DNA of 64,000 nt from Chthonomonadales bacterium (GTDB taxonomy: Bacteria > Armatimonadota > Chthonomonadetes > Chthonomonadales > CAJBBX01), in contig DAIDHP010000005.1 of the NCBI GenBank assembly GCA_027459625.1, positions 130,817 through 194,816 of the forward strand, read 5' to 3'. Numbering within the stretch: the stretch's first letter is position 1; every line of letters starts with the position of its first letter. The notes under the pieces were generated by a model, which did not search any database, was not told where the DNA came from, and saw nothing but the letters and a program-made list of their open reading frames with translations. Of this stretch, positions 30,028 to 37,888 are shown piece by piece. The position numbers and the translations under genes were made by a program.

Positions 30028-30079
30028 TTCGCCCGTTTTCATTCGTCCTAACGCTCTATGAACAGGAAAGGATAAAAAA

Positions 30080-30400
30080 ATGAATAACCAATACCGCTTC
30101 TTTGCAAATCTCGTAGATGAAGTGAGCATAGCCAATGAGAGTATTGTCAGTAGAACGCTTAATAACGATACAGGAGGAAAAACGATACTTTTTGGATTCG
30201 ACACCGGACAGGAGCTTTCCGAACATACCGCCTCCGTTCCGGCAACACTGCACATATTAAAAGGCGAGGGTTCGCTCACGCTAAGCGAAGAAACGTATGA
30301 TATAAGAGAGGGGGCGTTTGCTATCATGCAGGCGAACGTATCTCACAGTATCGTCGCCAAGACACCAATGATAATGCTTTTGTACATGCATGGCAAGTAA
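30080..30400 (+). CDS. Cupin-domain protein
   Basis: FGFDTGQELSEHTA…LHILKGEG…ANVSHSIVA. Confidence 0.85.
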   Translation: MNNQYRFFANLVDEVSIANESIVSRTLNNDTGGKTILFGFDTGQELSEHTASVPATLHILKGEGSLTLSEETYDIREGAFAIMQANVSHSIVAKTPMIMLLYMHGK

Positions 30401-30438
30401 CACTGTCGTAATCAACTAATCATGAAAGGATTAATGAG

Positions 30439-31152
30439 ATGTTAAAAATATCACCGGAAACAACGGTTGCGGAGATTGTCTCCGCGAAGATTAGCAGATC
30501 AAAGGTTTTCGAAAACAACGGAATTGACTTTTGTTGCGGAGGGGATATCCCATTGTCGGATATCTGTCGAATGCAGGGATTGAAGGTGGAGAAGGTGCTT
30601 CAGGAGTTAGATGCCAACGACATAGAGCATCCTGAATCGGAAAGAGATTGGAATACGGCTCCCTTGCACGAGTTATGCGATGACATCGTGGCTGTGCATC
30701 ATGAAAATTTGCGCAGAGAGATGCCAAGGATCAAAAAAATGATCGAAAAACTCGCGGAAGTGCACAAAGTCAACCATCCAGAACTGCGAGACTTACTGGC
30801 TGTGTTCAGTTCGTTTGAGGAGGAGATAACATCGCATTTGATGAAGGAGGAGCATATTCTCTTCCCTATGATCAAACAATTGGAGACAGCGTCCGCATCG
30901 CCGGAATTTCACTGTTACACCGTCGCCAACCCAATTCATGTCATGATGAGCGAGCATGAGTCCGCAGGCGAGGCGTTGGACAAGATGCGAACAATCACCA
31001 AGGACTACATACCTCCGGAGGATGCATGCAACACCTATAAAGCGATGCTGGATGCTCTTCACGAATTGGAAAGCGACACCCATCGTCACATCCACCGAGA
31101 AAACCATATCCTCTTTCCGAGAGCGCAATCGCGGGAGAGTGAGTTAAAGTAA
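30439..31152 (+). CDS. ric: Iron-sulfur cluster repair di-iron protein (Ric/YtfE/ScdA)
   Basis: GIDFCCGG, HHENLR, HLMKEEHILFP, EHESAG and HIHRENHILFP hemerythrin motifs. Confidence 0.95.
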   Translation: MLKISPETTVAEIVSAKISRSKVFENNGIDFCCGGDIPLSDICRMQGLKVEKVLQELDANDIEHPESERDWNTAPLHELCDDIVAVHHENLRREMPRIKKMIEKLAEVHKVNHPELRDLLAVFSSFEEEITSHLMKEEHILFPMIKQLETASASPEFHCYTVANPIHVMMSEHESAGEALDKMRTITKDYIPPEDACNTYKAMLDALHELESDTHRHIHRENHILFPRAQSRESELK

Positions 31153-31160
31153 GTGAAAGT

Positions 31161-32000
31161 TTGGGGGTGAGACAAATGAGCGCGACAACTACGAATGGGA
31201 AGAATAAGGCGATAGACATTCCCTTGCCTCGCGAGCACGGAGCGTGGGTAATGCTGTACGCCCCGGTAATCATTGCGGCGTTTCGTGTCGGCTCCGTGCC
31301 TTTCATCCCCTTTTCCCTACTGTTGTTCGCAATCACCGGAGCCTTTCTCAGTCGTCACGCCGCCGAGTTAGTGTTAAGAGGAAAAGGATCCGGCAAAACT
31401 AAAATCTGGCTATTTTTCCACCTGCTGATCACGTTCGTTTCGGCGGGCTTCCTTTTGATTAGAGACGACGCCTTGGGGATTGCGATGATATTCCTTGCGG
31501 TATTGATGCTATTCGCCTTGCACGCATGGCTGTCCGTCATTCCCTCCAGGAAGCGGTTGGATCGAACCGTTTGGGGGGAGCTGCTGGGAATAGCCGCCCT
31601 ATGTCTCACGGGCCCGGCGACTTGGATCGTATGCACCTCGCACGCTCCGTTCGAATCGTGGCTGGAATGGGGAGCCTGCCTGATGTTTTTCGGAAGCGGG
31701 ATATTCCATGTCAAAATGCTGCTGGAAAGCGGCAAGCTTGCCAAAGTAAACACTCCTGAAATGTATCAACGTATCGTGGGTCCAAGCCGCTTCTATCATC
31801 TCCTGGTCATACCCCTCGCTCTTCTGCCCGCCTGCCTACTCGGCATGCGCGGATTATGGATTGCCCTAGCCTTCCTGCCGATTACGTATCGAGCCTGGAG
31901 AGGAATATTGCATCCGCCATGTACAATTCCTCCACTCAGAAAAGTCGGTTACATGGAAACTTTATATTCCGTCTGGTTTATATGTTGCATAATTATATAA
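31161..32000 (+). CDS. YwiC-like membrane protein
   Basis: PREHGAWVML N-terminal motif, multiple TM helices and C-terminal KVGYME. Confidence 0.85.
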   Translation: MGVRQMSATTTNGKNKAIDIPLPREHGAWVMLYAPVIIAAFRVGSVPFIPFSLLLFAITGAFLSRHAAELVLRGKGSGKTKIWLFFHLLITFVSAGFLLIRDDALGIAMIFLAVLMLFALHAWLSVIPSRKRLDRTVWGELLGIAALCLTGPATWIVCTSHAPFESWLEWGACLMFFGSGIFHVKMLLESGKLAKVNTPEMYQRIVGPSRFYHLLVIPLALLPACLLGMRGLWIALAFLPITYRAWRGILHPPCTIPPLRKVGYMETLYSVWFICCIII

Positions 32001-32219
32001 TTCTCACTTTTAACATTCAATATGAGTCTTTATAGGGTAAGATTACTTCATCGTGTGTGGGAATAAAGTATAATATCAGGTGAATAACATTTCCAAGAAG
32101 TAAATTGCAAAATTTATATCTTTACCCTATTGAGATTATCCCCCCCTCAATTTCCGCGTAGACGATTAGTTTTTGCAATTACTATACAAAAAAAACAAAC
32201 GGGTTAAGAAGGAGGAAAA

Positions 32220-33044
32220 ATGGCATCCTATTCAGCAAATTCCCGTGAAGAGGGTCGCGCACCTCTCCCAATGGAAAATCGTGAGCTGGACTGGTGGTTA
32301 ATGCCACTGTTGACTGTCGTAGTGCTCACACTCTTCGGTGTTTATACCACGTTCCGAGCATTTGAGAACAATTACTACCTCTATACGAAAAACGGGGCGA
32401 ATTATCTCTCACCGTTCTACTCGCCGCTTTTGCCGATCGCATGGTCTCTTCACCTTCCCCTATTTGGTTTGAAAATGGTATCCCCTGCGATCTACATTTT
32501 GATCTTTCCCTTGGCGTTCAGGCTCACCTGCTATTATTACCGAAAGGCTTATTACAGGTCTTTCTTTTGGGATCCACCGGCGTGCGCAGTTGCGGAGCCG
32601 AGGGCGGATGCTCGTATGAAATACACCGGTGAGCGTAAATTTCCATTCATCCTTCAGAATTTGCATCGTTACGCCTTTTACGCCGCCGTGGTCATTGTGA
32701 TCATCCTCTGGAAGGATACAGTGGACGCTTTCATATGGACCGGTCCTGATGGTTCTCACCATTTCGGCATCGGCGTGGGATCAATCGTGTTTCTAGTTAA
32801 CATTATTCTCCTTTCGCTCTATACATTCTCATGCCACTCATGGAGACATCTCATTGGAGGCAAACATAACTGCTACTCCTGCTCCTGCGTCACGCGCTCC
32901 TCGTATGGAATATGGAAAAAGGTTAGTTTTCTAAACCATAATCATGCGCTTTGGGCTTGGGTGAGCATGTTGTCTGTATGGTTCACCGATTTTTACGTTA
33001 TGGCGGTTGCTTCCGGAATGTTCAAGGACATAAGGATACTGTAA
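32220..33044 (+). CDS. Succinate dehydrogenase membrane anchor, mycobacterial Sdh1 (Rv0249c)-like
   Basis: YLSPFYSP, FRLTCYYYRKAYYRSF…PPACAV.EP, YTGE.KFP.ILQNLHRY, SCHSWRH and HALWAWVS. Abuts sdhA. Confidence 0.85.
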   Translation: MASYSANSREEGRAPLPMENRELDWWLMPLLTVVVLTLFGVYTTFRAFENNYYLYTKNGANYLSPFYSPLLPIAWSLHLPLFGLKMVSPAIYILIFPLAFRLTCYYYRKAYYRSFFWDPPACAVAEPRADARMKYTGERKFPFILQNLHRYAFYAAVVIVIILWKDTVDAFIWTGPDGSHHFGIGVGSIVFLVNIILLSLYTFSCHSWRHLIGGKHNCYSCSCVTRSSYGIWKKVSFLNHNHALWAWVSMLSVWFTDFYVMAVASGMFKDIRIL

Positions 33045-34841
33045 ATGGAAAAATACACTACATATGATCAGGATGTCCTGGTGGTCGGTGCGGGCGGCTC
33101 CGGTTTGAGAGCGGCGATATCCATATGCCAAGCTGGTTTGTCTTGCGGAATCGTAACGAAGTCCCTACTGGGAAAGGCTCACACGGTGATGGCCGAAGGA
33201 GGCGCCGCGGCGGCTCTTGGAAACATGGGCGAACCGGACAATTGGAAGGTTCATTTTAAGGATACGATGAAGGGCGGGAGATTTATCAACAATCCGCGGA
33301 TCGTGGAAATATTCGCCAAAGAGGCTCCCGATCGAGTGCGCGAATTGGAGGAATACGGCGCGGTGTTTGATAGAACGCCTGATGGTCTCATTTCGCAGCG
33401 CCCCTTCGGCGGTCATACCTATCGTCGTTTAAATCACGTTGGAGATCGTACCGGGTTGGAACTTATCCGCACGCTGCAGGACAAGGTTGTTTCTTACAAA
33501 CCCACCGTCTACATGGAACACACTCTTACCAGGCTTCTCATGGATGGCGACAGAGCGGTCGGAGCTATCGGATATAACCGACAAACAGGAGAATTCGTCG
33601 TATTCAAAGCCAAAGCCATTGTATTCGCCACCGGAGGATGGGGACGAATGTACAAGTTCACCTCTAATTCATGGGAATCAACCGGCGACGGTGCGGGCAT
33701 GGCATATGAGGCGGGGGCTGAACTCATGGATATGGAAATGGTTCAGTTTCATCCGACCGGCATGCTATGGCCTCCGGGTGTGCGGGGAATCCTTGTAACG
33801 GAAGCGGTTCGCGGAGATGGTGGCATCCTGAAGAACAACAAGGGTGAACGCTTCATGTTCAATCCCGAATACATGCCTGAACTCTACAAGGGGCAATACG
33901 CCGATACGGAAGAGGAGGGCTACCGTTGGCTTACCGATAAAGCCAACAATCGCCGTCCTCCGGAACTTCTCCCGCGTGACGTAGTTTCACGCGCCATTTA
34001 CAAAGAGGTGTTAGCGGGTCGGGGAAGCGAACACGGCGGAATATACCTTGACGTATCGCAGATGGGTGCGGAGTTTATCAAACGTAGACTACCCAGCATG
34101 TGGGAACAGTTCTACTCATTGGGCGGCATCGACATCACCAAGCAACCGATGGAAATTTATCCCACCATACATTACACCATGGGTGGCATATGGACTGAAG
34201 CGGAAACCTGCTCCACATCCATCAAGGGGCTGTTCGCCGCAGGGGAGTCGGCTGCGGGTCTGCATGGAGCGAACCGCTTGGGCGGTAACTCCCTGACGGA
34301 TATTCTGGTATTCGGCAAACGAGCGGGCGATCATGCCTCCGAATTTGCCAAAAATGCGGATTTCGGAAAAATCGATTCGTCTCAAATAGAGGATGAAATC
34401 AATACACTCCTCGCGCCATTCACCAATCCGGGAAAAGAGAACCCATTCAAACTCACCCAGGAACTGCAGGAAGCGATGCAGGAGGGCGCTATGATCGCCC
34501 GAACGGAGGAGAGCCTTACCAAAGCTTTGAACACGGTAATGGAGTTGCAGGAGCGAGCGAAATCCATTCACGTGGAGGGCGATCGAGTCTACAATCCTGG
34601 TTGGCATACCGCGAGAGATATTCGGTTCATGTTGAAAACATCCGAAATTATCTGCAGATGCGCCTTGGAACGAAAGGAGAGCAGAGGCGCGCAATGGAGG
34701 TTGGATTACACGGATGCAAACGAGGAATGGGGCAAGATAAATCTCATTGCACAGAGAGACGTGGACGCGGTAAAGTTAATACATAGGCCCGTTCCGGCAA
34801 TGGCTCCCGAGTTGGCGGCGATGTTTGAGGAGATAAAATAA
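33045..34841 (+). CDS. sdhA: Succinate dehydrogenase/fumarate reductase flavoprotein
   Basis: GAGGSG, KAHTVMAEGG (FAD-His), QFHPTG, RDVVSR, HYTMGG and HGANRLGGNSL. Confidence 0.95.
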   Translation: MEKYTTYDQDVLVVGAGGSGLRAAISICQAGLSCGIVTKSLLGKAHTVMAEGGAAAALGNMGEPDNWKVHFKDTMKGGRFINNPRIVEIFAKEAPDRVRELEEYGAVFDRTPDGLISQRPFGGHTYRRLNHVGDRTGLELIRTLQDKVVSYKPTVYMEHTLTRLLMDGDRAVGAIGYNRQTGEFVVFKAKAIVFATGGWGRMYKFTSNSWESTGDGAGMAYEAGAELMDMEMVQFHPTGMLWPPGVRGILVTEAVRGDGGILKNNKGERFMFNPEYMPELYKGQYADTEEEGYRWLTDKANNRRPPELLPRDVVSRAIYKEVLAGRGSEHGGIYLDVSQMGAEFIKRRLPSMWEQFYSLGGIDITKQPMEIYPTIHYTMGGIWTEAETCSTSIKGLFAAGESAAGLHGANRLGGNSLTDILVFGKRAGDHASEFAKNADFGKIDSSQIEDEINTLLAPFTNPGKENPFKLTQELQEAMQEGAMIARTEESLTKALNTVMELQERAKSIHVEGDRVYNPGWHTARDIRFMLKTSEIICRCALERKESRGAQWRLDYTDANEEWGKINLIAQRDVDAVKLIHRPVPAMAPELAAMFEEIK

Positions 34842-35593
34842 TGCGTGACAAAGTGACAATACGCCTCTTCAGAGGAAATGCAAATGGCGGCACGGAGACT
34901 GATTACGAAGTAACCACGTTTCCGGGCATGGTGGTGCTCGACGCCATACACCAAATACAGGGAACCCAGGATAGTACTGTCGCATGTCGCTGGAACTGCA
35001 AAGCCGCGAAATGCGGCTCTTGCAGTGCAGAGATCAACGGAAGACCTAGACTGATGTGCAAAAGCCATGTGGAGGATTTCGCCGACTCCAACGGATTGAT
35101 TCGCGTCCATCCTCTTAAGACCTTTCCCCTAATCAAGGACTTGGTTACGGATGTATCCATCAATTACAGAACTGCGGAAAAGATACCTCCCCTCACGGTC
35201 TCCGAGGATATTCCCCGTCCGTTCAAAATGCAACAGATAGACGTGGAGCGCATCCAGGAGTTTCGTAAGTGTATCGAATGTTTCCTGTGCCAGGATGTTT
35301 GTCACGTGCTCCGGGATCATAACCGAAAGGACGGTTATTTCGGTCCTCGGTTCATGATCAAGATCGCCGCGCTCAGCATGCATCCCTTGGACACAGGGAA
35401 TCGGTTGCGACAGCTTAAGGAGGAAGGCGGCATAGGGTATTGCAATATCACGAAATGCTGCGAGGAGGTATGTCCAGAACATATCCATCTTACGGATAAC
35501 GGCATCATCCCACTCAAGGAACGAGTGGCGGATTACTATTACGATCCCTTGAAAATCCTGATTCGAAAGATTGTCGGTCCAAAAAAGAAATAA
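34841..35593 (+). CDS. sdhB: Succinate dehydrogenase iron-sulfur subunit
   Basis: CRWNCKAAKCGSC, CIECFLCQDVC and CNITKCC..VCP. 1-nt overlap with sdhA. Confidence 0.95.
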   Translation: MRDKVTIRLFRGNANGGTETDYEVTTFPGMVVLDAIHQIQGTQDSTVACRWNCKAAKCGSCSAEINGRPRLMCKSHVEDFADSNGLIRVHPLKTFPLIKDLVTDVSINYRTAEKIPPLTVSEDIPRPFKMQQIDVERIQEFRKCIECFLCQDVCHVLRDHNRKDGYFGPRFMIKIAALSMHPLDTGNRLRQLKEEGGIGYCNITKCCEEVCPEHIHLTDNGIIPLKERVADYYYDPLKILIRKIVGPKKK

Positions 35594-35603
35594 TCTCCGT
35601 AAA

Positions 35604-35649
35604 ATCCCGCGTCGGAATTGCCCTTTTTTCGATGCTTTCGACGCGGGAT
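35604..35649 (+). terminator. Stem-loop after the sdh operon
   Basis: 11-bp perfect IR ATCCCGCGTCG / CGACGCGGGAT, 10 nt after the sdhB stop. Large loop and no U-tract. Confidence 0.45.
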
Positions 35650-35662
35650 AACAAATATTTCC

Positions 35663-35691
35663 TTGACAACCCCCAAAACCCTTGCTACACT
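35663..35691 (+). promoter_or_regulatory. Sigma-70 promoter upstream of the ECF sigma gene
   Basis: TTGACA, 17-bp spacer, TACACT preceded by TG-C (extended -10). Confidence 0.7.
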
Positions 35692-35768
35692 TTTAATAGG
35701 AGCGGTAATTGCGAAATTCATAATATGAAACTGAGATCGCTCGTTTTAGGCAAACGAAAAGGCTTAAT

Positions 35769-36440
35769 TTGCGAGCTCTGCAATTACCTGAAATCATTAA
35801 TCATCACCTCATACAGAGGATCAATTTCTTGAACAAGGGCTCTTTTCCTGGTGCGTTATCCTATCCATTCCCATCAAATATCGAACAGCATGAGAAACTT
35901 TCCAATGACCAACTGTTCGAATGGTTGATGGATATTCATTATAAAAGGATATACAACTATATTTACCGCATGATCCGGAACGAACAGGATGCCGCAGACA
36001 TTACCCAGGAAACCTTTGTGCGTATCTACAAGGCTCTCCCGCGTCTGCGCAATCGAGATTCCTTGCCATTCTGGATACGTCGAATCGCCACAAATTTATG
36101 CCTCGATCATCTTCACAAGCGGATGAATTCTCCAGAGATCATGGAACTTGACAAAGAAGGCGAGGATGGATCCCCATCGCCAATTCAATTTCTTCAAGCC
36201 GATCCCGCCCAGGAACCCATGAAGATACTTCACACTACGGAACGGGCGCAAGTGCTTCTGCAAGCAATAGACACTCTTCCGGACGAATACAGAACGGTTA
36301 TTCTTTTGCACCACATTGACGGGCAACCTTTGGATGAGATAGCGAGGATACTGCATGTGCCTGTGGGAACCGTCAAATCCAGACTGAGTCGAGCCAGATT
36401 CGAATTAAGGCGAAGGACCGCTTTCTACTTCGAACCTTAG
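35769..36440 (+). CDS. ECF (group 4) RNA polymerase sigma factor
   Basis: Region 2 IYNYIYRMI…DAADITQETF…WIRRIATNLCLD and region 4 LPDEYR…EIARIL.VPVGTVKSRLSRAR. Exact start uncertain. Confidence 0.92.
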   Translation: MRALQLPEIINHHLIQRINFLNKGSFPGALSYPFPSNIEQHEKLSNDQLFEWLMDIHYKRIYNYIYRMIRNEQDAADITQETFVRIYKALPRLRNRDSLPFWIRRIATNLCLDHLHKRMNSPEIMELDKEGEDGSPSPIQFLQADPAQEPMKILHTTERAQVLLQAIDTLPDEYRTVILLHHIDGQPLDEIARILHVPVGTVKSRLSRARFELRRRTAFYFEP

Positions 36441-36483
36441 TTCATGCTACAGACCCTTCTGCATTAGCCTTATCTTTTTAATC

Positions 36484-37599
36484 TCACGCGATCTGTCGCT
36501 GAAGATACCCCCTTATCGGTTTTGCCGCATCCTCCGGATTGCACGGTATCGAGAAGAGGAATCCCTGCATCAGAGAGATGCCGGCGCGAAGAGCGACCCG
36601 CATCTGATCAATTGTTTCGATACCCTCCCCTATCAATGTGGCTCTAACACTTTGCGCTGACATGCAGATTCGATCCATTTCCAGCCGTGCATTTGCGTTA
36701 GTCACCGCTACGGCGATCAATGTTGCATCCATTTTGGCGTAATCCGGGTTCAATTTTTCAATCAATTCGACTGCAATGCGGCCTCTGCCAAGATTGTCCA
36801 ATGCGAACTTTGCCCCCATCGCGTGGATGTACCTTGCTATGTCACGCAGTATCTCCAAGCTCATGGCGCTCTCCGCTTCAACCGCTTCGAAAACCAATCT
36901 TTCTGGTTTCAATCCTATCTCTTTCGCATCCTCAAAAGTGCATTTCAGTGCGCTGTCAGGATCGCCAATGGCGTTTGGAAGAAAGTTGATGAATATCAGC
37001 GCATCGGACTGATCCACCTGAGCGGCCGAGCGAATGGCGCACTGACGCGCCATTCCATCCAACTGATCCATAAGGTTCAGCCTTCCGCAAGCGTGCAGGA
37101 GTTCGCCTGCGAATATCACTTCGCCTGTGAAGGGATGATGCGCCCGCACCAAAGCCTCGTACGCCACAACCCTCATCGTTCTGGCGTCCAAAATGGGATG
37201 AAACACGCTATACAAAGAGCCTATGTTAAGTATCCGCCTAGCCCATTCAACTTCAGTCTGTTCGAAAAAGACTGGGAGAGGTTCCGCCTGAAGGAAATCC
37301 CGATACGTGAATTGACGCCGATTAGCATCACTAATGAATATCCCTTTGATGCGAGAATGAAGCAAGGAAGGTATGCCGGTCCATAAGGCGGATTTCAATT
37401 CACTCATTCGTTGAAGCGGAAAATCCAGTAACACGGAGCAACCAAGCGATATGAAAGGGATTTTCGATTTCGCTATGGATCGCTTTAGTTCAGATTCCGA
37501 TATCCGATCCATGGGCGTCAGTAACACGTTGTATCTTGGATCTATCGCTTTCCAATTCAGGCAAGGACATTCGACGCACTTTCTATTGTCGCAATCCAT
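36484..37599 (-). CDS. EAL-domain protein (c-di-GMP phosphodiesterase-like)
   Basis: FHPI, YEALVR, INF, FEAVE, ALDNLG (canonical DDFG), YAKMD, EGIE and QG. ATG at 37599 has a GGAGG SD. Cys-rich N-terminus. Confidence 0.85.
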   Translation of the reverse strand: MDCDNRKCVECPCLNWKAIDPRYNVLLTPMDRISESELKRSIAKSKIPFISLGCSVLLDFPLQRMSELKSALWTGIPSLLHSRIKGIFISDANRRQFTYRDFLQAEPLPVFFEQTEVEWARRILNIGSLYSVFHPILDARTMRVVAYEALVRAHHPFTGEVIFAGELLHACGRLNLMDQLDGMARQCAIRSAAQVDQSDALIFINFLPNAIGDPDSALKCTFEDAKEIGLKPERLVFEAVEAESAMSLEILRDIARYIHAMGAKFALDNLGRGRIAVELIEKLNPDYAKMDATLIAVAVTNANARLEMDRICMSAQSVRATLIGEGIETIDQMRVALRAGISLMQGFLFSIPCNPEDAAKPIRGYLQRQIA

Positions 37600-37888
37600 C
37601 TCTTCGCCTCCCCCTTGAACTACCATCTCTAAATGGATTTTCGGCGTTTATGCGAAATATCTTCATTGAAGTGACGTCGATTTGGAAATAATAATAAAAG
37701 GAGGTTTTTTTCAAAAGGAGATATTGGAATATCTTTTGAGGTGATTGTAAATTCAAAATCTAACGCTATGATCGCTCATTTCACACTCCCCTAATCACAT
37801 GGAATGCGAATGTCGCCATTTTTGTGGTTTATATGGTTTTAAACGGGTTTGAAGTATGTTGTTGTCCATGCCTCTTGAAGAAAACCCT

